Shown: in pieces, positions 1-9,576 of the stretch
Layout: each line of letters begins with the position of its first letter
How positions within the stretch are numbered: the first letter of the stretch is position 1
From: an uncultured Acidobacteriota bacterium
Lineage (GTDB): Bacteria > Acidobacteriota > Thermoanaerobaculia > UBA5066 > DATFVB01
NCBI GenBank assembly: GCA_963813155.1
Contig: CAWEYG010000004.1
Location: forward strand, 40,328-104,327
DNA length: 64,000 nt
Reading direction: 5' to 3'
Translations under genes and position numbers: made by a program
The notes under the pieces: generated by a model
The model's database searches: none
What the model was told of the DNA's origin: nothing
Seen by the model: the letters and a program-made list of their open reading frames with translations, nothing else

Positions 1-1388
1 CGCGGGCCGTCAACGATCTCACGGCCGTGCGAATGATGCTGGGGCCGGGGCTGATGCAGTCTTTGAACACGATCGTCACGGCGTCGATTGCGATCGCGCT
101 GATGGTGCGGGTCGACTGGTCGCTGACCTTGCTCGCGCTCGCGACCCTTCCCCTCACGGCGGCGTCCACGAAGATCGTCGGGCAGAAAATCCACGTGCTG
201 TTCGAGAAGGTCCAGGAGTACTTTTCCGAGATGTCGGCCCGGGCACAGGAGAATTTTGCGGGCGCCCGGGTCGTGCGGGCATTCACCCGCGAGAACTCGG
301 AGATCGAACTGTTTCGGGCGGCCAACCACGAGTACATGCAGAGAAACCGGAAGATCATCAAGGTGTCGGCGCTGTTCTACCCCCTGCTGCAGACGCTCGT
401 CGGCCTCTCGTTCGTGCTGGTTCTCTGGAGGGGAGGCCGGCTCGTCCTCGCGGAGAAGATCACGGTCGGCAAGTTCGTCGAGTTCAACCTCTACCTCGTC
501 GAAATGGTCTGGCCGATGATCGCGCTGGGCTGGGTCGTCAACCTCCTGCAGCGCGGCGCGGCGTCCTGGAATCGAATGCGCGAGATCCGCGACACGGAAC
601 CGTCGATCCGGGACGTGCCGCCCCTGGCGACGGGCTTCTCGCCGAGGGGGGAGATCGAATTCCGGGGGCTGTCGTACTCGTCCGGGGGCGCGCGAATCCT
701 GTCCGACATCGACCTGAAGATCCGGGCCGGGTCCTTCGTGGGGATCGTCGGTCGGACCGGCGCCGGCAAGACGACTCTCGTCTCGCTCATTCCCCGGCTC
801 CTCGACCCTCCGCCCGGGACCCTGTTCTTCGACGGTCTCGAAGTCCACCGGATCCCGGTCGCCGACCTTCGGCGAGAGATCGGGATGGTCACGCAGGACA
901 CGTTCCTGTTCTCGGAAACGATCGCGGGAAACCTCGCCTACGGGGTCCCCGACGCCGAAACCGAGGCGGTCGAGCGCGCGGGAGAGATCGCGGGCCTGAC
1001 GCCGGACATCGAGGGTTTCCCGGAGCGGTGGAACACCCAGATCGGGGAGAGGGGCATCACGCTTTCCGGAGGACAGAAGCAGAGGGCCGCGATCGCGCGC
1101 GCGATCCTTCGGGCGCCGAAGATCCTGATCCTCGACGACTCGCTCTCGGCCGTCGATTCGGAGACGGAAGCGAAGATTCAGAACCGTTTGCGGGACGTGG
1201 TCGCGAAAAGGACGACGCTGCTGATCGCGCACCGCCTTTCTTCCCTGCGGGACGCCGACGAGATCGTCGTGCTGGAGGAGGGCCGCATCGCGGAGCGGGG
1301 CTCCCACCGTGAGCTCGTCGCGCGCGGCGGGCTCTACGCGGGGATGTGGGAACGCCAGCGCCTCGAGGAAGAGGTCGAGAGCGCGTGA
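1..1388 (+). CDS. ABC exporter, fused permease + ATP-binding subunit (5' end cut by the window edge)
   Basis: ORF 27..1388 stays open in frame back to base 3. A membrane domain is followed by an NBD with Walker A GRTGAGKTT, signature LSGGQKQR and Walker B ILILDD. Confidence 0.9.
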   Translation, partial: RAVNDLTAVRMMLGPGLMQSLNTIVTASIAIALMVRVDWSLTLLALATLPLTAASTKIVGQKIHVLFEKVQEYFSEMSARAQENFAGARVVRAFTRENSEIELFRAANHEYMQRNRKIIKVSALFYPLLQTLVGLSFVLVLWRGGRLVLAEKITVGKFVEFNLYLVEMVWPMIALGWVVNLLQRGAASWNRMREIRDTEPSIRDVPPLATGFSPRGEIEFRGLSYSSGGARILSDIDLKIRAGSFVGIVGRTGAGKTTLVSLIPRLLDPPPGTLFFDGLEVHRIPVADLRREIGMVTQDTFLFSETIAGNLAYGVPDAETEAVERAGEIAGLTPDIEGFPERWNTQIGERGITLSGGQKQRAAIARAILRAPKILILDDSLSAVDSETEAKIQNRLRDVVAKRTTLLIAHRLSSLRDADEIVVLEEGRIAERGSHRELVARGGLYAGMWERQRLEEEVESA

Positions 1389-3256
1389 GCGAAGCCGCCC
1401 ACCACGAAGAGGAGGTCCTCGGGAAGGCCTACGACGCTCGTCTCGCGCGCCGCCTGCTCCACTACGTTCGACCCTACCGCGGAAGTCTGATCGCCGGGAC
1501 CACCCTGATCCTGTTCGGTTCGTTCTTCCAGCTCCTCGGGCCGGCGATCACCGCGGCGGCGCTGGATTTCGCAATCGCTCCGAAACCGGGCTCCCGGACC
1601 TCGGTCCTGGCGAGAATCGTCGCTGCGCTCGCGACCCGCCTCCATTTGAACGTCGCCGGGAGGGCCGGCCTCGATCTGTTCGCCGGAGCGTTTCTGGCGT
1701 CGCTCCTGTTGTCGTTTTTCCTCATCTACGCGCAGGTCTGGATCGTCAACTGGATGGGGCAGCGAATCATGTTCGACCTGCGGGCGGAAATCTTCGAGAA
1801 GCTGCAGCGCGCGGACGTGGCCTACCTGGATCGGAATCCCGTGGGCCGGCTCATGACGCGGCTGACGACCGACGTCGATGCGCTCAACGAGCTGTTCACT
1901 TCGGGAATCGTTTCCATGGTGGGGGACGTCTTCTCGCTCGCGGGGATCGTCGTCGCGCTCTTCCTGCTCAACCCGCCGCTCGCCTGGGTGACGTTCCTGA
2001 CGATCCCGCTGATCGTGGGCCTGACCGCCTGGTTTCGAAAGCGGGCCCGCGAGACCTATCGCGACATCCGGGTCCGGATCGCGCGAATCAATGCGTTCCT
2101 GCAGGAGCACATCACGGGAATGCCCGTCGTGCAACTCTTCAACCGCGAGGAGAGGGCCCGCCGCGATTTCGCCGGCATCAACGACGCGCACCGCGTGGCC
2201 TACGTCCGCGCGATCTTCTATTACTCCGTGTTTTATCCCGGCGTCGAGTTCCTGTCCGCGCTCGGCCTCGCTCTGATCGTCTGGTATGGCGGCTCCGAGG
2301 TGATCCGGGGCGCTCTTTCCCTCGGCGTCCTCGTCGCGTTCATCCAGTACGCGCAGCGGTTCTTTCGCCCGATCGCGGACCTCTCCGACAAATACAACAC
2401 GCTGCAGTCGGCGATGGCGTCCTCCGAGCGGATCTTTCGCCTTCTGGACATGGAGCCGGAAATCGTGACCCCGGGCGGAGCGGACGCGCCGGGGCGAATC
2501 GGAAGCCTCGCTCTGGAGAACGTCACGTTCCACTACAAGCGCGGCGAGGAAGTCCTCAGGAACGTCTCGTTCCGGGTCGAGCCCGGGGAGCGCGTCGCTC
2601 TCGTCGGGCACACGGGGGCCGGGAAGACGACGATTGCGTCGCTGTTTCTCCGGTTCTACGACGCGCAGACGGGCGCCGTCCGCGTCGACGGGATCGACGT
2701 TCGCCGTTTCGCCCTCGACGACCTGCGCGGCCGATTCGCGATCGTCCTGCAGGACCCGTTCCTGTTCACGAGCTCGATCGCGGAGAACATCCGTCTCGGG
2801 AACCGGGCGATCTCCGACGAAAGGATTCGATCCGCCGCCCTCGAGGCGCGCGCCGCGGGCTTCATCGAAAAGCTCCCGAAGGGATACGACACGGTTCTGC
2901 AGGAGCGCGGCGGAGGCCTTTCCGCCGGGCAGAAGCAGCTGATTTCGATCGCGCGGGCCTTCGCGTTCGATCCGGAATTCCTCGTCCTCGACGAGGCGAC
3001 GGCGAACATCGACACGGAGACCGAGCTGGAGATCCGCGAAGGCCTATCGCGCCTGTTGAAGAGCCGGACGTCGCTCGTGATCGCGCACCGGCTCTCGACG
3101 ATCCGCCAGGCGTCGCGGATCGTTGTCCTGCACAAGGGAGAGGTCCGGGAAAGCGGGACCCATGCGGAGCTGCTCGAGCGCGACGGGCTGTACGCGAAGC
3201 TCTACCGGCTGCAGTACCGCGACCAGGAGCTCCGGCCCGAGGCAGTCTCGGAGTAA
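1346..3256 (+). CDS. ABC exporter, fused permease + ATP-binding subunit (partner of the upstream gene)
   Basis: 636-aa ORF with a 6-TM region, then GHTGAGKTT, LSAGQKQ and FLVLDEAT. An alternative in-frame GTG at 1385 gives a GTGA overlap with the upstream stop. Confidence 0.9.
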   Translation: MGTPAPRGRGRERVSEAAHHEEEVLGKAYDARLARRLLHYVRPYRGSLIAGTTLILFGSFFQLLGPAITAAALDFAIAPKPGSRTSVLARIVAALATRLHLNVAGRAGLDLFAGAFLASLLLSFFLIYAQVWIVNWMGQRIMFDLRAEIFEKLQRADVAYLDRNPVGRLMTRLTTDVDALNELFTSGIVSMVGDVFSLAGIVVALFLLNPPLAWVTFLTIPLIVGLTAWFRKRARETYRDIRVRIARINAFLQEHITGMPVVQLFNREERARRDFAGINDAHRVAYVRAIFYYSVFYPGVEFLSALGLALIVWYGGSEVIRGALSLGVLVAFIQYAQRFFRPIADLSDKYNTLQSAMASSERIFRLLDMEPEIVTPGGADAPGRIGSLALENVTFHYKRGEEVLRNVSFRVEPGERVALVGHTGAGKTTIASLFLRFYDAQTGAVRVDGIDVRRFALDDLRGRFAIVLQDPFLFTSSIAENIRLGNRAISDERIRSAALEARAAGFIEKLPKGYDTVLQERGGGLSAGQKQLISIARAFAFDPEFLVLDEATANIDTETELEIREGLSRLLKSRTSLVIAHRLSTIRQASRIVVLHKGEVRESGTHAELLERDGLYAKLYRLQYRDQELRPEAVSE

Positions 3257-3526
3257 GCAAGGCTCGCTCGCCGGCGACCGGGGCCAAGCCCCAGCACTCC
3301 GCTCGGCAAGTCTTCTCGACCCTCGGCCGCAGTTCGCTTTCCCTCGGGATCTCGAAGACCAGCCTGCGCGGAGCGCGTTAGCCCGGGCCGCTCCGCCGTT
3401 TTCGCGGGCGGGTGGCGTGGGAGGAGACCCCTGTTGCCGCTCGCGGCGCGGAGTCGTAGCAAAGTCCTCAAACCGCAGCGAGCGGAACAGCGGGTCGAGT
3501 CCCGTGACAGGACCCGCCCGCCGGAT

Positions 3527-4399
3527 CTAGTCCGCGCGCCCGAGGTCCGCGGGAGCGAGGCGCTTCCCGGAGAAACCGGCGAGCGCGACGATCGAAAGGA
3601 CGTAGGGGAGGAGTAGAAGGGCCTGCGAGGGGAGATGGAAGAATCCCGCGGCCTGGAGCTGGTACTGGATCGCCTGGAGAACCCCGAAAATCAGGGCCGC
3701 TCCCGCAACCGCGATCGGATTCCAGCGCCCGAACGCGACGAGCGCGAGGGCGAGGAAGCCGCGGCCGGCCGACATTCCCTCGACGAAGGAATCGGAGAGC
3801 TCGAGCGCGAGTGAGGCGCCCGCGAGACCGCTCAGCAATCCGCCGGCGAGCGCCGCGCCCGTTCGGTAGGCCGCCGCCGGGATCTTGAGCGCCGAGGAGT
3901 CGCCGAGCGACTCGCCGACCGCCCGGAGGCGCAGTCCCCAGGAGGTCCGAAAGAGAAAAGCAAACGCGGCGAAGGGAATCGCGAGCGCGGCGAGATCGAG
4001 CCCCGTCAGCGGCCCGAGCCGCGGCGTGAGGAGCACCGGAGGGCGGAGCACCCATCGCTCCGGCATGGCGCGAAGGAGGAGACCGGTCGCGCCGAGCGCC
4101 AGAAGGTTCACGGCGGTGCCCGTGACGATCTGATCTCCCTTCCAGCGGATCGACGCGATCGCGAAGATCGCGGACGCGAGGACCCCGGCGGCGGACGCGG
4201 CGACGATCCCGGCGGCCGCGGAGCCCGTCGCGCGCGAGATGCCGAAGGCGGCGAACGCGCCGAAGAGCATCTGGCCCTCGATTCCGATGTTGATCATTCC
4301 GCCTTTCTCTCCGAGCGTCTCGCCCGACGAAGCGAAGAGCAGCGGCGTCGCGGCCGTCACGCCCGACTCGAGAACGGCCAGCAGAAGGGAAGCGCTCAC
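3527..4399 (-). CDS. BMP-family ABC transporter permease (second permease)
   Basis: This is the C-terminal part of the artefactual 1066-aa ORF. It begins MSASLLLAVLESG.. and contains INIGIEGQMLFGAF. The GTG start at 4399 overlaps the upstream stop as GTGA. Confidence 0.85.
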   Translation of the reverse strand: MSASLLLAVLESGVTAATPLLFASSGETLGEKGGMINIGIEGQMLFGAFAAFGISRATGSAAAGIVAASAAGVLASAIFAIASIRWKGDQIVTGTAVNLLALGATGLLLRAMPERWVLRPPVLLTPRLGPLTGLDLAALAIPFAAFAFLFRTSWGLRLRAVGESLGDSSALKIPAAAYRTGAALAGGLLSGLAGASLALELSDSFVEGMSAGRGFLALALVAFGRWNPIAVAGAALIFGVLQAIQYQLQAAGFFHLPSQALLLLPYVLSIVALAGFSGKRLAPADLGRAD

Positions 4400-5266
4400 G
4401 ACGCGGCCCCGGGCCGCAGGGCCCGCCTCCAGCGGGGCAGGCCGAGGACGGCGAGCAGCAGCAGGGCTTCCGCGGCCATCGCCGAGACGGCCGAGATCCC
4501 GAGGCGCCGCTGGACGAGAGTCGCCGCTCCCTGCAGAAATCCGAACGCGAGCGACGCCGCCGCGGCGCCGCCCGGCGAGAGCCCTCCGACGACCGCGGCC
4601 GCGAGGCCGATGAAGCCGTATCCCGACGAGAATGAGTCGAAGAGCCTTCCCGTGACGCCGAGGAGCTCGGCGGCGCCGCCGAGCCCCGCGATACCCCCCG
4701 CGGCGACGAACGCGAGTGACCCGGACTTTTCGCACCGGGATCCCGGCGACTTCGGCGGCGGCGGGATTCGCCCCGGTCGCGCGCAGGCGAAACCCGCTTC
4801 GGGTTCGGAGACGGAAGATCGCAAGCGCCGCGCAGAGGACGGCCGCGAGGGCGATCCCCGCGTGAACTCGCGTGCCGGCCCACAGAATCGGAAGCCTCGC
4901 GGCGTCGGGAACCGGATCGCTCTGGGGAAAGGTTCGCGCCCGTTCCTGGAGAAAGCCGTGGACGGCGATCGAGACGGCTCCCGCGGCGATGAAATTCAGC
5001 AGGATCGTCGCGAGGACGTCCAGCACCCTGCGCTTTTCGGCGAGCCAGGAAGCGATCGCCGCCCACGCAGCGCCGCCGGCAGCTCCCGCCAGGAGAGTCA
5101 GCGGCGCTCCCGCCGAAAATCGCGTGCACGCGAGCGCGGCCGCGAGAGCGCCGGTCAGGAACTGCCCCTCCGCTCCGATGTTGACGACCCCCGCGTCCCG
5201 CGCGAGCAGAAACGAAAGGGCGCAGAAGAGGATCGGGGCGCCCTTGACGGCCGCGTCCGCGATCAC
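4396..5266 (-). CDS. BMP-family ABC transporter permease (first permease), frame broken once
   Basis: The N-terminal part (VIADAAVKGAPILF..NIGAEGQFL..RLRATGANPAAAEVAGIPV) is in the frame of ORF 3527..6727. The C-terminal part (SLAFVAAGGIAGLGGAAELLGV...) is in ORF 4396..4824. The switch is near 4715-4740. The GTG start at 5266 overlaps the ATPase stop. Confidence 0.8.
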
Positions 5267-6690
5267 GGAAGGCCCGCCTGCGCGGCCGAAGCCGCTTCGG
5301 CGCGGCGAAGGCCCGCCATCGCCCGGCCCACGGCCGCGGAAGGTTCGTCCGGCCGAAACGGACCGGCGAGCCGCCCGCGGTACAGGACGAACATCGTGTC
5401 CGCCAGCTCGCGGGCTTCGTCCAGATCGGAGGTCACGAGCAGGACCGCCGCTCCCGAGCCGGCCGCGTCGCGAATGGCGCCGCGCGTCATACGGGTGCTC
5501 GCGAGATCGAGCCCGCGGGTCGGCGAGACCGCGAGCAGGAAGCGCGGTTCCCGCGAGAGCTCGCGCGCGAGCACGACTTTCTGCTGGTTTCCTCCCGACA
5601 GAGACCGGGCCGGCGCGCCGGGCGCCGGCGGATCGATTCCGAATCGCTCGATGAGGGAGCGGCTCCGTGCCGGTTCCCGGACGGGGATGGGCTCGGCAAG
5701 CCTCAGATTTTCCTCGACGGTGAAATCGAGAATCAGTCCCTCGCGCCGGCGGTCGCCCGGGATGACGGAGGTCTTCTGCCGCCGAAACTCCCGCGCCGGA
5801 GACCGGCCGCCCGAAGAGGGTCGCGGAAAACGGAGCCGCGCCCTCGCGGCCGGCGACCGCGCGGGTCGCTTCTTCTTGCCCGTTGCCGTCCACGCCGGCC
5901 AGCGCGACGATCTCACCCTCGCGAACGACGAGCGGAACCTCCGAATCCGAACCGAAGCTTCGGAAGCCGTCGAGCCGGAGCACGTCGGAGCCCGGAGCCC
6001 GCGGCGAGGAGCGGGGGGAGCGTCCCCCTCGAGGAACTCGGCGGCGAGCGACGCGGGGGTCGCTTCGGAGGCAAGGCGGCTGGAGACGAGCCTTCCGCGC
6101 CGCAGGACGGACACCCGGTCGCAGAACCCGAAGATCTCGGCGAGCTTGTGGGTGATGAAGACGACGGCGGCGCCGTTGGCCGCCGTTTCCCGCACGGACA
6201 CCATGAAGCGATCGACTTCCGGAGGCGCGAGAACGGCAGTCGGCTCGTCGAGGATCAGAAGGTCGGGGTTGCTCGCCCGAGCCCGGGCGAATTCCAGGCG
6301 CTGGCGCGCGCCGACGGCCAGGCGCGCCGCTTCGGCGTCCGGCCGCCCGAGATCGAGCCCGACGCGGGCCTCGATCTCTCGAAATCGGTCGCCGAGGCGC
6401 GCCGGGGTCGCCAGGCGGAGTCCCGGTTCTTCGAGCGCGAGGCACTCCGCGGAAGTGAGGCCCGGCGGGAGAGCGAAGTGCTGGTGAACGTGGCCGACGC
6501 GGCCGGCGATGCGGACGCGGCCCGAGTCGGGAACGAGAATTCCCCCGAGCACGTTGCCGAGCGTCGACTTTCCGGCCCCGTTTTCGCCGAGAAGGGCATG
6601 GACCTCTCCGGGCCGGAATTCGAGCGAGACTTCCGAGAGGGCAACGGTCTCTCCGAAACGAACCGAGATTTGTTCGACCGAAAAGGTCAG
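5263..6690 (-). CDS. ABC transporter ATP-binding protein with duplicated NBDs (BMP-family importer), frame broken twice
   Basis: NBD1 (LLGENGAGKST, ILDEPTAVL) is in the frame of ORF 5263..7908. The NBD2 Walker A segment (REGEIVALAGVDGNGQ) is in the frame of ORF 3527..6727. The tail (LSGGNQQKVVLAREL...) returns to the first frame. The switches are near 5992-6030 and 5795-5820. The only start-like codon is CTG 6690, which overlaps the SBP stop as CTGA. Confidence 0.8.
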   Translation of the reverse strand: MTFSVEQISVRFGETVALSEVSLEFRPGEVHALLGENGAGKSTLGNVLGGILVPDSGRVRIAGRVGHVHQHFALPPGLTSAECLALEEPGLRLATPARLGDRFREIEARVGLDLGRPDAEAARLAVGARQRLEFARARASNPDLLILDEPTAVLAPPEVDRFMVSVRETAANGAAVVFITHKLAEIFGFCDRVSVLRRGRLVSSRLASEATPASLAAEFLEGDAPPAPRRGLRAPTCSGSTASEASVRIRRFRSSFARVRSSRWPAWTATGKKKRPARSPAARARLRFPRPSSGGRSPAREFRRQKTSVIPGDRRREGLILDFTVEENLRLAEPIPVREPARSRSLIERFGIDPPAPGAPARSLSGGNQQKVVLARELSREPRFLLAVSPTRGLDLASTRMTRGAIRDAAGSGAAVLLVTSDLDEARELADTMFVLYRGRLAGPFRPDEPSAAVGRAMAGLRRAEAASAAQAGLP

Positions 6691-7655
6691 AAGTTTCCCC
6701 GCGGGACGATGAGTTGGCCGGCCGCAATCTTTCCCTTCGCGTCTTCGACGAGATCGCTGACGTCCTTCGGCACGCGGGAGGCGAGGCCGGGGTTCCACAC
6801 GAACGAAATCACGCCGTCGTGGAGACCGAAGCGGATCGATCGCGGGCGGAACGATCCGCCGCGGACTTCGCGGGCGACCTCGACGAACGCTTTCGGAATG
6901 TCGATCACTGCCGACGCGAGCACCGTGTCGGGCGCGATCGCGTTTTGATCCTTGTTCGTTCCGAATGCGTAAATCTTTCGCTCGCGGGCGGCCTGAAAGA
7001 CGCCCGCTCCGGCCGCGTCCGCGTTGTGGATCAGGAAGTCGCAGCCCTGGTCGGCGAGGGCGAGAGCCGCCTGCCGGCCCGCGGCCACGTCGTCGAACGA
7101 GCCCGTGTACACGACCTTCACGCGCGCCGAGGGATTCGCCGCCTTCACGCCTCCCTCGAACGCGAGGATCGTCGAGGCGACCGACGGAATCTCGGTGCCG
7201 CCGACCGCTCCGACCGATCCCGTTCGCGTCATCTTTCCCGCGACGAGACCGCACAGGTAGGTGGCCTGCTCCAGCTCGAAGACCATCGGAGAGAGGTTCG
7301 GCCCGATGCGCGAGCCCGACGTCGTGATGAAGACCGTTTTCGGATAGGCCCGCGCGGCGCTCGCCGCGGCGTCCTGGAATTCGAATCCGTGTCCGAAGAC
7401 GAGCCACGCGCCGTGCGAAGCGAAATCGCGGAACTGCTCCTCGAACTCCGACGGCGTCTTGACCTGGACGTGCGCGACCGGGACGCGAAGCTGATCCCGG
7501 ATCTCGATGAGGCCTTCGTAGGCGGCGGCGTTCCAGCCGCGGTCGGAGATCGGGCCCGGGGTCAGGAGGCCGACGCCGGCGGATTTCCCCCCGCAGGAGG
7601 AAAACGCTAGGGCGGCGGCGATAGCGGAGGCGGCGGCGAAAATTCGGGTCTTCAA
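6687..7655 (-). CDS. BMP-family ABC transporter substrate-binding lipoprotein
   Basis: The ORF is 6687..7676. TTG at 7655 gives MKTRIFAAASAIAAALAFSSCGG, a canonical lipobox. The body resembles Med/PnrA-type basic membrane proteins. Confidence 0.85.
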   Translation of the reverse strand: MKTRIFAAASAIAAALAFSSCGGKSAGVGLLTPGPISDRGWNAAAYEGLIEIRDQLRVPVAHVQVKTPSEFEEQFRDFASHGAWLVFGHGFEFQDAAASAARAYPKTVFITTSGSRIGPNLSPMVFELEQATYLCGLVAGKMTRTGSVGAVGGTEIPSVASTILAFEGGVKAANPSARVKVVYTGSFDDVAAGRQAALALADQGCDFLIHNADAAGAGVFQAARERKIYAFGTNKDQNAIAPDTVLASAVIDIPKAFVEVAREVRGGSFRPRSIRFGLHDGVISFVWNPGLASRVPKDVSDLVEDAKGKIAAGQLIVPRGNF

Positions 7656-7720
7656 GATTTCCGCGCAGTTTAGCACTGCGCGCTCCGGCCGGAATCGCGG
7701 AGCTTGATAAGATCGGGAAA

Positions 7721-8266
7721 ATGAATTCGATCGGCGACTGGCTGCGAAAGATCGCGCGAGCTCTCGAGCTCGACCGCCTGTTCGACGGCGAAACGGGGTT
7801 TTTCGTCCGACATGGGGGTTCGCCGCGTCCTTCGCCGGAACCCGGAGAAGGTTCGGCCTCCTCTTTGGAGCCTCCCTCGCTCGAGATTCGCGTCGGGTCG
7901 CCGTTCATTTCGCCGGCCGTTTCCCCGGCTTCGGACGGCGCATCGCGCTCGGGCTCGCCTTTCGCAACGAGCTTCGTCGCGACCTGGCGTCCCGTGCCGA
8001 CCCCGCCGGATCGCTGGATCCAGTTCCTGCGGGAGGCGCCGTTCGGAACTCAGACCACGACTGCCCGCGAGCTCCGCTGGAACGGAAAGGAGATCTCGAT
8101 CGAGCGCGTTACCGAAGGGGAGATCGAGGCTTTCGTCTCCCGGATGGACGAGTGGGCCGAATACGCGAATCGCGAGTTCGCCGGCTGGCAGGCCACGCCC
8201 GAGGTCCGGGCGAATTTCGAAGCACAGTCCCGCGCCCGCCAACTCCAGGAGAAGCTCCGGCGCTAA
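7721..8266 (+). CDS. hypothetical protein
   Basis: 181-aa ORF with no motif I recognise. TAAGAT lies 7 nt upstream of the ATG. Confidence 0.5.
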   Translation: MNSIGDWLRKIARALELDRLFDGETGFFVRHGGSPRPSPEPGEGSASSLEPPSLEIRVGSPFISPAVSPASDGASRSGSPFATSFVATWRPVPTPPDRWIQFLREAPFGTQTTTARELRWNGKEISIERVTEGEIEAFVSRMDEWAEYANREFAGWQATPEVRANFEAQSRARQLQEKLRR

Positions 8267-8271
8267 TCGGG

Positions 8272-8823
8272 ATGGACGAGTCCGGGCGCAAGCAGGTCCT
8301 CGACTACGTCAAGCCGCTGTCGGTCGGACTGGACGGAGTCACGAATTTCGGCGACGTCGAACGGATCGTGCGGGCCTGCCTGGCCATCGCGGCCGATCGG
8401 TCCGATCTCGACGGGGACCGGCTTTTTCTGCTGGCCGTGTTTTCCGGTCAGGACAAGTGGGTGGGGAAGTTCGGGCATGGCACGCGAACGGAGCTGTTCC
8501 TTTCTTCGGTCGGCGTTCCGGCGGAGGAATTCCGGCGGCTGCTGCGCTCCCTGTCCCGCTTTCGAGAGGACCCCCGCACAGGCGAGGAAGAGGTCGTTCA
8601 CGACGCCGTCCGGCTGGAAGAGCTCGGCGCCTACGGGATCGCTCGCATCGTCGCGGAGGGCGCTCACGACCGGATGGACTTCCGGGAGCTGGCGGGCGCG
8701 ATCGAGAGTGACGCGCGCGACGACTTCCGAACGGAGCGCGGGCGCGAGCTCGCGACTCCCCGGATCGCGCTGATGCGGCAATTCGCCGCGCGGCTGCGAG
8801 GAGAAGTCGAAGAGTTCGGTTAG
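8272..8823 (+). CDS. HD-domain-like protein with a degenerate metal-binding motif
   Basis: The in-frame ATG at 8272 follows the upstream stop. The C-terminal VVHDAVRLEELGAYGIAR resembles the distal HD-superfamily motif, but the proximal H..HD positions are not conserved. Confidence 0.5.
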   Translation: MDESGRKQVLDYVKPLSVGLDGVTNFGDVERIVRACLAIAADRSDLDGDRLFLLAVFSGQDKWVGKFGHGTRTELFLSSVGVPAEEFRRLLRSLSRFREDPRTGEEEVVHDAVRLEELGAYGIARIVAEGAHDRMDFRELAGAIESDARDDFRTERGRELATPRIALMRQFAARLRGEVEEFG

Positions 8824-9576
8824 AACAGCGAGCGGCCGCCGTCGAGGACGACGACCTGGCCGGTCAGGAAGCGCGGGCCCCTCGCAGAGAAAGCGCACGG
8901 TCTGGGCGACTTCCTCCGGCGTTCCGAGGCGCTGCAGCGGAATCTGGGCGACGAGCTTCTCGGTCTCGGCTTTCGCCATGGACTCCGGCGGCAGGATCGT
9001 GCCGGGCGCGATCCCGTTCACGGAAACTTCGGGCGCCATCTGGCGCGCGAGAACGCGGACGACCATCTCCAGGGCCGCCTTCGAGATCGCGTGCGCGGAA
9101 TAGTCCTTCCAGACGCGGTGCGCGGCCAGGTCGGAGAGGAGCACGATTCTTCCTCTCCGCTTCCGGAGCTCCGCCTCCGCCGCTCGCGCGAGGAGGAAGT
9201 TCGCTCGCGCGTTGACGTTCATCGCTTCGTCCCAGACGAGCGCGGTCGTTTTCGAGAACGGAACGCGAAGGAAGTTCGCGGCGGAGCCGACGAGAACGTC
9301 GAGGCGCCCCATCGAGCGAAGAGCCCTGTCGACGAGCCGGGGAGCCTCGCTCGATTTCGCGAGGTTCGCTTTCATTTCCGCGGCGCGCGCTCCGAGGGCG
9401 CGAACCTCGCGCGCGAGCTGCTCGGCGGAGGCGGACGAGGACCGGTAGTGGAGGACGAGGTCGTAGCCCGCCGTCGCGAGCTCGAGCGCGATCGCTCGGC
9501 CGACGCGGACGGCGCTTCCGGTCACGAGTGCGACCTTTCGGGTCCCGGGTCGGGCGGGCGCGCGGACGGAGCTCAT
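8820..9576 (-). CDS. SDR-family oxidoreductase (pteridine reductase/FolM-like), frame broken near the 3' end
   Basis: It contains VALVTGSAVRVGRAIA and a Y..K catalytic region (YSAHAISK). After LCEG the listed ORF turns into a PR-rich tail. Shifting by one base at 8871-8880 restores ..PRFLTGQVVVLDGGRSLF with the stop at 8820-8822. Confidence 0.8.

Noticed and set aside
3257-3526. A 270-nt convergent spacer contains a T-arm-like hairpin (GCGGG-TCGAGT-CCCGT near 3490-3507). I considered a tRNA, a tmRNA fragment or a small RNA.
   Set aside because: No acceptor, D or anticodon arms can be drawn around it, there is no promoter-like element, and the stems are short. The spacer is probably just GC-rich with weak palindromes.
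3527-6727. A 1066-aa ORF looks like a giant fusion protein.
   Set aside because: It is a chimera of two permease genes plus an out-of-frame segment of the ATPase gene. These are joined because frame breaks and high GC remove the stops. It resolves into three ordinary BMP-importer genes.
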